Shown here: positions 56,321-63,997 of the stretch, in pieces
Position numbering within the stretch: the stretch's first letter is position 1
How the letters are laid out: each line of letters starts with the position of its first letter
NCBI GenBank assembly: GCA_024639185.1
Contig: JAHEIW010000011.1
Location: 976-64,975 of the forward strand
Reading direction: 5' to 3'
Length of the DNA: 64,000 nt
From: Deltaproteobacteria bacterium
GTDB lineage: Bacteria > Desulfobacterota > Desulfobacteria > Desulfobacterales > JAHEIW01
Notes under the pieces: generated by a model
What the model was told of the DNA's origin: nothing
Databases searched by the model: none
What the model saw: the letters and a program-made list of their open reading frames with translations, nothing else
Program-made: the position numbers and the translations under genes

Positions 56321-58552
56321 ATGAAAAGGCCCAGATTTAAAAGAAAATCTTCACTTTCTGAAAAAGAGCGCAAGCGGCGCAAGCGCGAGCTTATTCTGAT
56401 TCTGGTGATCCTGTTCGTGGTAGCCCTTCTAACGCTGGTCGAAAGCCGAATCATTAAATTCGAGGCGGATATTGCCGTTTCAAACACAGTTCTGATGTTT
56501 ATCCTGATCAACATCAATTTGCTGTTGCTGATTTTAATGATCTATCTGGTTTTTCGAAACCTGGTAAAACTTATCTATGACCGGCGGCGCAACGTCCTGG
56601 GCGCTAAAATCAGGACCAAACTGGTCCTCGCTTTTGTCTCCCTTACACTGTTGCCGACCATTGTTTTGTTTTTCTTTGCACTCAATTTTATCACCACCAG
56701 CATTGAGTTCTGGTTTAATGTGCCGGTCGAACAGGCGCTCGAAAACTCATTGTGGGTGGGCAGTCGTCTCTACAGTCGAACCGAGGAGAATAATAAGTTT
56801 TTTCTTGATCGCATATCGTACCAGGTTAAAACCAAAAACTTGTTGGATGCCAAAAACCGCAAAGCCCTTTCCCAATATATTCGAATCGTTCAGCGCGAAT
56901 TTAATCTGGATGCCGTCGAGATCTATGCCCGCAATGCCGAGCGTCTGACCTTTGCCCTGGCGCCCAAACTTGAAAACGAGTATTTCGGCATCATTTCGGC
57001 TGAAGATATCAAAAAGGAACTGCCTGCGGAAGGGTTTCGATCCATTTCGCAAACCATACCCTCCGGTGAGTTTATCAAAACCATAAGCACCATTCCGTTT
57101 GGGGTGCAGCCCGGTGAGGCCATCGGATTTGTGGTGGCAACCGTTCTGATGCCACAGGATCTTTCTGAAAATTTGCAGTTCATTCGCAAAGGTTTTATGG
57201 AATACCAGCAGATCAAACTCCTGAAAAAGCCGATTCAGATTACCTATTACATATCACTTTCAATTGTTGCATTGCTGGTCCTTTTTTGTGCTATCTGGTT
57301 CGGATTCTTTATGGCGCGCTCGATCAGTCTGCCGATTAAAGAACTGGCCGAAGGAACACGACGATTGGCAGATGGCGACCTCGATTACACCATTGATCCG
57401 GTCAGCGATGATGAATTCGGCAGCCTGGTTGAATCCTTTAACCAGATGACCCAGGATCTTCGGCTCAGCCGCGAGCAACTGGAGCTATCTGCCCGTATGT
57501 TGCGGCACCAGAATATCGAAATCGAAGAGAAGCGGCAATTCATGGAAATTGTTTTAAAAAGCGTATCCGCCGGTGTCGTCACACTGGATGCCAAGGGTAT
57601 TATATCGACGATGAACAAATCAGCCGAAAAGATGCTGAATCTCAAATCCGAGCAGATACTGAACAAAAGCTATAAAAATTTATTAAACGGGGCTTTTTTA
57701 GAGCTGGCCAATGAAATTTTGGATAACCTCTCTTTGTCCAGTGGCGACGCAATTGAATTGCCGCTAAAGCTGACCATTGAGGGCCGACCGCGGAGTTTTC
57801 TGGTATCTGTCAATGCGCTCAAGGACGATGGCGGAAGACACATGGGAACCCTGATGGTGTTTGATGATCTAACCGAACTGGAAAAAGGCCAGCGCATGGC
57901 AGCCTGGCGCGAAGTGGCCCGGCGTATCGCCCATGAAGTTAAGAATCCGTTGACGCCGATTATTCTTTCCGCACAGCGGCTCAAACGAAAATATGCACAG
58001 TTTGTGGATGAGACCATATTTGAAGAGTGCACCGAAACCATTATCAGTCAGGTTGAGCTGATTCGCAATCTGGTGAATGAGTTTTCATCTTTTGCACGAT
58101 TTCCCAGTGCCAATCCGCTTCCCTGTCATTTGATACCGATTATTGAAGAAACACTAGCGCTTTACCGTGAAGGACATCCGGCGATTGATTTCAAGATCAA
58201 TAATACCCGTGACATCCCGATCCTCAATCTGGATCACCAGCAAATGAAACAGGCGATGATCAACCTGATTGATAATGCCATAAGCGCCATTAAAGGCGCC
58301 GGCCATATTACGATCAGCGTGGCTCATGACCCCATCCTAAAAAAGGTTCGGCTGGAGGTTGCCGATGATGGGCCGGGTATTTCCGATGAAGATAAAACCC
58401 GGCTGTTTCAGCCCAATTTTTCCACGAAAAAGACCGGAATGGGGCTGGGGCTCACCATTGTCAACACCATTATCGCAGATCACAATGGGATGATAAATGT
58501 GCAGGACAACGCCCCCACAGGTGCAAAATTTGTCATTGAATTGCCAGTATAG
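56321..58552 (+). CDS. ntrY: NtrY-like sensor histidine kinase (multi-TM, HAMP, PAS, HisKA, HATPase_c)
   Basis: 743 aa. H-box HEVKNPLTPI. N/G boxes (DNAISA..., DDGPGI, GMGLGL). Confidence 0.85.
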   Translation: MKRPRFKRKSSLSEKERKRRKRELILILVILFVVALLTLVESRIIKFEADIAVSNTVLMFILININLLLLILMIYLVFRNLVKLIYDRRRNVLGAKIRTKLVLAFVSLTLLPTIVLFFFALNFITTSIEFWFNVPVEQALENSLWVGSRLYSRTEENNKFFLDRISYQVKTKNLLDAKNRKALSQYIRIVQREFNLDAVEIYARNAERLTFALAPKLENEYFGIISAEDIKKELPAEGFRSISQTIPSGEFIKTISTIPFGVQPGEAIGFVVATVLMPQDLSENLQFIRKGFMEYQQIKLLKKPIQITYYISLSIVALLVLFCAIWFGFFMARSISLPIKELAEGTRRLADGDLDYTIDPVSDDEFGSLVESFNQMTQDLRLSREQLELSARMLRHQNIEIEEKRQFMEIVLKSVSAGVVTLDAKGIISTMNKSAEKMLNLKSEQILNKSYKNLLNGAFLELANEILDNLSLSSGDAIELPLKLTIEGRPRSFLVSVNALKDDGGRHMGTLMVFDDLTELEKGQRMAAWREVARRIAHEVKNPLTPIILSAQRLKRKYAQFVDETIFEECTETIISQVELIRNLVNEFSSFARFPSANPLPCHLIPIIEETLALYREGHPAIDFKINNTRDIPILNLDHQQMKQAMINLIDNAISAIKGAGHITISVAHDPILKKVRLEVADDGPGISDEDKTRLFQPNFSTKKTGMGLGLTIVNTIIADHNGMINVQDNAPTGAKFVIELPV

Positions 58553-58556
58553 CTCC

Positions 58557-58646
58557 GGCATAGGGCATAGCGCAAAGAGCAAGGCGCAAGAAATGGGTGC
58601 TGTCGGAAATTTCAACGCTATGCGCTATGCACGATGCGCTTTGCGG
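58557..58646. repeat. heptamer-repeat hairpin region between ntrY and ntrX
   Basis: Left arm is five tandem 7-mers (ggcatag ggcatag cgcaaag agcaagg cgcaaga). Right arm is four tandem complementary 7-mers (cgctatg cgctatg cacgatg cgctttg). Confidence 0.65.
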
Positions 58647-58721
58647 AGAATTGAAGACCTCTGATGAGTAGGTCAAGCCAATATGTTCAATATACGTTGA
58701 AGCTAATAGGAGCAGAAATTT

Positions 58722-60080
58722 ATGATCGCATCGGTACTAATTGTTGATGATGAGCAGTCAATTGTGCAGTCATTGAGTGGATTGCTTTCAGATGAGGGTT
58801 TTGAGGTTTCAACAGCGGTCAACGGATATGATGCCCTAAAGGCCATTGAATCGCAATCGCCGGACCTGGTTTTACTCGACATCTGGATGCCGGGAATGGA
58901 TGGAATTGAAACCCTGACGGAAATTAAAAAAATTAATCCTCAAATTCAGGTCATCATTATCACGGGTCACGGGACGATTGAAACGGCGGTTAAAGCCACC
59001 AAACTGGGCGCCTTTGATCTGGTTGAAAAGCCGCTTTCAATTGATAAGATCATTTTAAGTATAAACAATGCGCTCAATTACCAGCGCCTGGAAGAAGAAA
59101 ATAAATATCTTCGAACCAAGACTCTGGAAAAGCATTCAATAGACGGAGAATCAGAAAGGACAAAGGCTTTAAGGAAAAATATCGAAGTTGCAGCACCGAC
59201 AGACACCTGGATACTGATTAGAGGAGAAAACGGCACCGGAAAGGAACTGGTGGCGCGCACGATTCATCAGCTCAGCCCACGGGTCGAACAACCCCTGATT
59301 GATGTCAGTTGTGCGGCCATCCGGGATGAACTATTGGAAAACGAAATGTTCGGCCATGAAAAAGGTTCATTTCCCGGAGCGACCGCCAAAAAAATAGGCA
59401 AATTTGAACTGGCCAATAATGGCACCATATTTCTGGATGAAATCGGTGATATGAGTTTAAGCTCTCAGGCCAAAATTCTGCGGGTTTTGCAGGAACAGCA
59501 GATACAACGGGTCGGCGGAAGCCGTCTGATCGGTATTGATGTGAGGGTGATTGCCACCACCAATAAAAATCTGGAAAAGGAAATCGATATGGGAACATTT
59601 CGAGAAGATCTCTATTATCGCTTGAATGTGATTCCAATTGATGTCCCGCCTCTAAGAGAACGCATCGAGGATCTTCCGTTTTTGGTCGAGGCATTACTGG
59701 AGGAATTTGCTGTGCAGAATCGCAGCAAACGCAAAACCATGAGTCTTGCGGCCATGAGCATGTTGAGTAATTATGCCTGGCCGGGAAACGTCAGGGAGTT
59801 GCGTAACCTGGTTGAACGACTGGCGATCATGGTCGATAAAGACCTTATTGATGTTGAGGATATACCGGATTCGTACCGCCCCGGTGGTTTGACCTATCCT
59901 GCGTATGCCGCCACAGCACCGTTTATGAAATTAGATAATTTTAAAGAAGCCAAAAAAGCATTTGAAAAAGAATTTATAAAAATTAAATTGGTTCAGAATG
60001 AAAACAACATTACCAAAACCGCCAAAGCCATGAAGGTCGGTAGGAGTTATCTGCACAAAAAAATCAAAAGCCTCAAATAG
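58722..60080 (+). CDS. ntrX: NtrX/NtrC-family response regulator (receiver, AAA+ sigma54-activator domain, HTH)
   Basis: Receiver domain D...D...K. Walker A GENGTGKE. ESELFGHEKG-like region. C-terminal Fis-type HTH. The GAFTGA position reads GSFPGA. Confidence 0.85.
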   Translation: MIASVLIVDDEQSIVQSLSGLLSDEGFEVSTAVNGYDALKAIESQSPDLVLLDIWMPGMDGIETLTEIKKINPQIQVIIITGHGTIETAVKATKLGAFDLVEKPLSIDKIILSINNALNYQRLEEENKYLRTKTLEKHSIDGESERTKALRKNIEVAAPTDTWILIRGENGTGKELVARTIHQLSPRVEQPLIDVSCAAIRDELLENEMFGHEKGSFPGATAKKIGKFELANNGTIFLDEIGDMSLSSQAKILRVLQEQQIQRVGGSRLIGIDVRVIATTNKNLEKEIDMGTFREDLYYRLNVIPIDVPPLRERIEDLPFLVEALLEEFAVQNRSKRKTMSLAAMSMLSNYAWPGNVRELRNLVERLAIMVDKDLIDVEDIPDSYRPGGLTYPAYAATAPFMKLDNFKEAKKAFEKEFIKIKLVQNENNITKTAKAMKVGRSYLHKKIKSLK

Positions 60081-60222
60081 AAGCGGTCTTAAAAATGCAT
60101 CTAACGCCCAAGGGCTGTGTTAAAAACCGATTCAAAATGCTCGAATACTAGCGTGTATGCTCCACTTTTGAATCGGTTTTCGCCTTGCCCTTGGGCGTGA
60201 TCTACTATTTTTAAGACCGCTT
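60081..60222. repeat. ~142-bp near-palindromic intergenic element, family A, full copy
   Basis: Perfect 16-bp termini aagcggtcttaaaaat / atttttaagaccgctt. It starts on the base after the ntrX stop codon (60078-60080). Confidence 0.9.
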
Positions 60223-60330
60223 CAAATTTATTTTTATAAATTGGAAACTTAATAATTTTAAGACCGCTTCAAAATTGTTTTTATAATTTGGAAACTTAGG
60301 TTTTTTAAGACCGCTTCCAATATAAACGAG
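60211..60330. repeat. 47-bp tandem direct repeat (2 full units plus a partial third)
   Basis: Units start at 60211, 60258 and 60305. Each begins ttaagaccgcttc, which is the right terminus of the family A element. Units 1 and 2 are near-identical (ttaagaccgcttcaaa[t/a]tt[a/g]tttttataa[a]tt[t]ggaaactta). Confidence 0.85.
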
Positions 60331-60368
60331 ATTTTGCAAACGTATTATATGAAAAAAGGACAGACGGG

Positions 60369-60929
60369 TTGACCATACGGATTATTGGCGGAGAGCTGAA
60401 GGGACGAAAACTGGTGACCGTGGCCGGCAGGGAGACAAGACCGACTGCTGACCGGGTGCGGGAGTCCATTTTCAATATCCTGGGCGATAGCGTTCGGGGC
60501 GCCCGCGTTCTTGATCTGTATGCCGGGACCGGAGCCATGGGGATTGAGGCATTAAGTCGGGGAGCTCAATTCGCTTTATTTGCAGACAACCGCAAAACGG
60601 CGTTGGCTGCTTTGGCAAAAAATATAAAAAATTGTGCGCTTGAAAGCAAAGCCAGTACCATCAAATGGAATATCGCTGACAACCTGAATATTCTTCGTTC
60701 ACACCAACCCCTCTTTGATCTTGTTTTTGTAGACCCGCCTTACCATCAGGATCTGATCCAGCCGACCTTATCTAGTCTGTGCGCAAGCCAATGCCTGGCC
60801 AGAGGGGCCCGGTTGGCCATTGAACACTCGCCGCATGAGCGGATAGCGGAAAACCGAGCTGAGTTCCAAATCGCTGACCAGCGCAGATATGGAAAAACGC
60901 TTGTTTCTTTTTTAATTTATATGCTATGA
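60369..60929 (+). CDS. rsmD: 16S rRNA (guanine966-N2)-methyltransferase
   Basis: 186 aa. N-terminus RIIGGELKGRKL...RPT.DRVRE..FN.L. DPPY motif (VFVDPPY). The rsmD-coaD synteny is conserved. TTG start. Confidence 0.88.
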   Translation: MTIRIIGGELKGRKLVTVAGRETRPTADRVRESIFNILGDSVRGARVLDLYAGTGAMGIEALSRGAQFALFADNRKTALAALAKNIKNCALESKASTIKWNIADNLNILRSHQPLFDLVFVDPPYHQDLIQPTLSSLCASQCLARGARLAIEHSPHERIAENRAEFQIADQRRYGKTLVSFLIYML

Positions 60930-61021
60930 ATTTTCTTTATTAATCGGACCTAGTATATTACTTGTCTGCCGTTCGTGCTTTCCATTGCCGCCTAACCCCA
61001 AAGAAAAAGGAATGATAGCCG

Positions 61022-61534
61022 ATGCCTAAAGTTGCCATCTATCCCGGATCCTTTGATCCGGTAACCAACGGCCATCTTGATATTGTTGAAAGAGGGTTAA
61101 AAATATTTGACAAGATTATCGTTGCGATTTTGTATAATCCAAACAAGGAGTATCTTTTTGGCCTCGAAGAACGTTTGGAGATGCTCAAAGATTGCCTGAA
61201 GAAATTTAAAGGCGTTGAAATCGATAGCTTTGATGGCCTTCTGGTCAACTATGCCGCTCAGCGAAAAGCGCACGCCATTTTACGGGGGCTGCGCGCCATG
61301 TCTGATTTTGAGTATGAATTCCAGATGGCCTTAATGAACCGGCGGTTAAATCGCGAGGTGCAGACGGTTTTTCTTATGACCGGATTGCGCTGGATATTTA
61401 CAAGCTCTTCGATTATCAAAGAAGCCATTCAATTCGGCGGTAACATAGATGGGATGGTGCCGGACCTGGTCCAAGCAAAGCTGGTACAAAAATTCGATCT
61501 GGATACCGGATCCGGGCAAACCGGTAAAAATTAA
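61022..61534 (+). CDS. coaD: phosphopantetheine adenylyltransferase
   Basis: N-terminus AIYPGSFDPVTNGHLDI (the HxGH-type motif) and typical length. Confidence 0.95.
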   Translation: MPKVAIYPGSFDPVTNGHLDIVERGLKIFDKIIVAILYNPNKEYLFGLEERLEMLKDCLKKFKGVEIDSFDGLLVNYAAQRKAHAILRGLRAMSDFEYEFQMALMNRRLNREVQTVFLMTGLRWIFTSSSIIKEAIQFGGNIDGMVPDLVQAKLVQKFDLDTGSGQTGKN

Positions 61535-61569
61535 TTCAAGCCACGATTTCGTAAAGGCGCAATCGCGGT

Positions 61570-61672
61570 GTTATTCGTTAATGGCTATTCATAATTAGAA
61601 GAAAACAATGGATAACAAAAAACAGCGCTTGTTCTTCTAAAAATGAATAACCGATACCCGATAACGAATAAC
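61570..61672. repeat. ~103-bp imperfect palindrome after coaD
   Basis: gttattcgtta...ctattcat..ttagaaga pairs with tcttctaa..atgaataa...taacgaataac. The outer 11 bp are perfect. Confidence 0.7.
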
Positions 61673-61708
61673 ATGGGTTGAGCGCTAAGCGCTCCATCGG
61701 GCGAATGG

Positions 61709-62608
61709 ATGGATCTCTGGCAACTCCATATCTTTTGCAAAGTCATCGAACTTAAAAGCTTTTCCAAAGCCGGCAAAGCCGTGCGCCTTTCTCAACCCAC
61801 CATTAGCAGCCACATCAAAGATCTGGAAAATCATTTTAATTGTCGCTTGATTGATCGTCTGACCAAAGAAGTCGTTCCCACCAAAGCCGGCGAATTGCTG
61901 TATGGCTATGCGAAAAAATTCGGGGCGCTCCGTGATGCCACCGAGTCGGCGTTGTCGGAGTACAACGGGAAAATGCGGGGGCGCCTGGTCATTGGCGGCA
62001 GTACCATACCCGGGACTTATTTAGTGCCACAATTAATCGCTGACTTCAAACGCCCCTATCCGGATGTCATCATTTCTCTGGTTATCGGAGATACGGCTGA
62101 TATTATCGAGCGCATCTTGGATGGAAGTCTGGAAATAGGAATTGTCGGTGCCCGGGCAGAGTCTCAAAAGATTGATCAAAAGGTAATTCTCTCTGATGAG
62201 ATGGGGTTGATTGTACCGGCCCGACATCGCTGGGCTGGAAAAAAACGGGTATCGTTGAAACAACTTTTGACAGAGCCTTTTATTTTACGAGAACGCGGAT
62301 CGGGAACCTTAACATCACTGCACAAAAGCCTTCACAACCAGGGCTGTGCGATTGAAGATTTGAAGGTCATTGCTGAACTGGGGAGCACCCAGGCCATTTG
62401 TCAAGGCATCAAAAACGGGATTGGTGTGTCCATTCTTTCGACACTGGCAGTGGCCGAGGATATTCAGGCCGGCAAATTAAGTGCGCTTAAAGTCGACGGC
62501 CTTAACCTCAAACGGAATTTTTATCTATCCTGGCACAAACGCCGCAGCCCCTCACCTTTGCGCCAGGCATTTGTCGATTTCCTCAACGAAAATCTTCCGG
62601 GCAAATAG
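61709..62608 (+). CDS. LysR-family transcriptional regulator
   Basis: N-terminal wHTH (FSKAGKAVRLSQPTISSHIKDLE) and a LysR substrate-binding domain. Confidence 0.9.
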   Translation: MDLWQLHIFCKVIELKSFSKAGKAVRLSQPTISSHIKDLENHFNCRLIDRLTKEVVPTKAGELLYGYAKKFGALRDATESALSEYNGKMRGRLVIGGSTIPGTYLVPQLIADFKRPYPDVIISLVIGDTADIIERILDGSLEIGIVGARAESQKIDQKVILSDEMGLIVPARHRWAGKKRVSLKQLLTEPFILRERGSGTLTSLHKSLHNQGCAIEDLKVIAELGSTQAICQGIKNGIGVSILSTLAVAEDIQAGKLSALKVDGLNLKRNFYLSWHKRRSPSPLRQAFVDFLNENLPGK

Positions 62609-62640
62609 TTGATTAGGGTTAAGATGCCCAATGGCGCCTT

Positions 62641-62736
62641 TTTAGAGTGAATGAATGCTTAGGCCTCTCGCAAAGGCGCAAAGAGAACAAGGGCTTTTTA
62701 ACTCTAAATCTTTGCGACTTGGCGGCTTTGCGTGAG
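62641..62736. repeat. CGCAAAG-repeat hairpin region after the LysR gene
   Basis: Left arm ctcgcaaaggcgcaaagag (62667-62685) pairs with tctttgcg (62709-62716) and ctttgcgtgag (62726-62736). A competing 8-bp stem is tttagagt (62641-62648) / actctaaa (62701-62708). Confidence 0.6.
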
Positions 62737-62773
62737 CGAAAAATACATAATGGATGTGTTCCGTTATTAAACT

Positions 62774-63754
62774 TTAACCACTGCCTTTCGATCTATCCAG
62801 CCGCTCGATTACCATAACCGCCACAAATCCGATGATTGCCAGACCAATGGCAGCTATCACCTCGGTGTTCACGGATGCAGGAATGATATTGGAACCATAG
62901 GTGACATGGGTTTTTCCGCGAATTATTTCGGTTGCCAGGATTTGTTTCCATGGCCAGATTTTAGGCATGGCGCCGACCATCAAACCGGTGAGGAATGCCA
63001 TCGTCAGCGCGCGGAAACGGGTCAGGAAATAATTTAGCAGTCTAGAGAAACTGAGCAAACCGACCACACATCCCAGACAAAACACAATGATAATGACGAA
63101 GTTGTGGGGCAAAAAAGGGTTTTTTAGGGTGGCTGTAATAAACTCATATTTACCCAAAATGAGCAAGATGAAGGCGCCGCTGATGCCGGGCAGAATCATG
63201 GCGCAGATGGCAATGATCCCACACAAAAAAATAAACCAGAGTGCATCGGGGGTTTGCAACGGGATTAAATTCATGATGAAGGCCGCCACAGCGATGCCGA
63301 CCGCCAGACTGATACCGGTGGTCAGTTTCCAGTATGCCACCTGACGGCTGACCACCATGATGGATGCCGCAATCAGTCCGAAAAAAAGACTCCATGTAAA
63401 GACAGGGTAGTGGTTAATCAAGAAGTTCATCAGTCGTGCGAGACTGATGATGGCTGCGCCGATTCCGGTAAACAGCGCAACCAAAAAACGGATGTGGATG
63501 CGCATCAGCGCACCTTTAAGGTTAAACTTCAGCAGGCTGCTGACCATGGTGCTGTCAAGAGATTTAAGGGCGCGGATCAGATCTTCGTAAATACCGGTAA
63601 TAAGCGCAATGGTGCCGCCGGACACACCGGGTATCACATCCGCTGAACCCATGCACAGTCCCTTTAAAGACAACGCGCCGGCTTCATTAAAGGAATCCGG
63701 GCCCGGACTCGCAAAAAACACCTCTTTCCATGTCATCTGGGTTTTACGTTTCAC
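62774..63754 (-). CDS. DUF368-family membrane protein (PopT-like candidate polyprenyl-phosphate transporter)
   Basis: 326 aa, polytopic. DUF368 hallmark GVSGGTIALITGIY and a second repeat, PGISGAFILLILG. Confidence 0.8.
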   Translation of the reverse strand: MKRKTQMTWKEVFFASPGPDSFNEAGALSLKGLCMGSADVIPGVSGGTIALITGIYEDLIRALKSLDSTMVSSLLKFNLKGALMRIHIRFLVALFTGIGAAIISLARLMNFLINHYPVFTWSLFFGLIAASIMVVSRQVAYWKLTTGISLAVGIAVAAFIMNLIPLQTPDALWFIFLCGIIAICAMILPGISGAFILLILGKYEFITATLKNPFLPHNFVIIIVFCLGCVVGLLSFSRLLNYFLTRFRALTMAFLTGLMVGAMPKIWPWKQILATEIIRGKTHVTYGSNIIPASVNTEVIAAIGLAIIGFVAVMVIERLDRSKGSG

Positions 63755-63874
63755 AAATTCAATCCGTTTTATTATTTATTTTAAAAACAAGGCTATCTAA
63801 TTTATTGGCCATTCACGCGCAAATTCAAAAAAGCCCGCATACCGCGGGATAAAAGCATGAATTAAAGCACTAAG

Positions 63875-63938
63875 CCACAAAGGTCACAAAGAAATTAATT
63901 AAAAGATGACCCGATAGGCCCTTTGTGTTCTTGGTGTC
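63875..63938. repeat. CACAAAG-repeat hairpin
   Basis: Left arm ccacaaaggtcacaaagaa, right arm ccctttgtgttcttggtgtc. Each arm is two tandem ~9-mers. Confidence 0.6.
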
Positions 63939-63954
63939 CCACGCCCGACATCGC

Positions 63955-63997
63955 GACCCGCCCGCCTCGCCTTGCGGCATCGCATGGCGGGCGTGGG
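63955..63997. repeat. GC-rich stem-loop repeat, family B (at the window edge)
   Basis: gacccgcccgcctcgccttgcggcatcgcatggcgggcgtggg matches 3774-3818. Confidence 0.8.

Noticed and set aside
60211-60330. Possible CRISPR-like array from the regularly spaced repeats
   Set aside because: The 47-bp period is occupied by near-identical full units, so there are no unique spacers. There are only 2.5 units, the sequence is AT-rich, and no cas genes are nearby. It is a tandem repeat.
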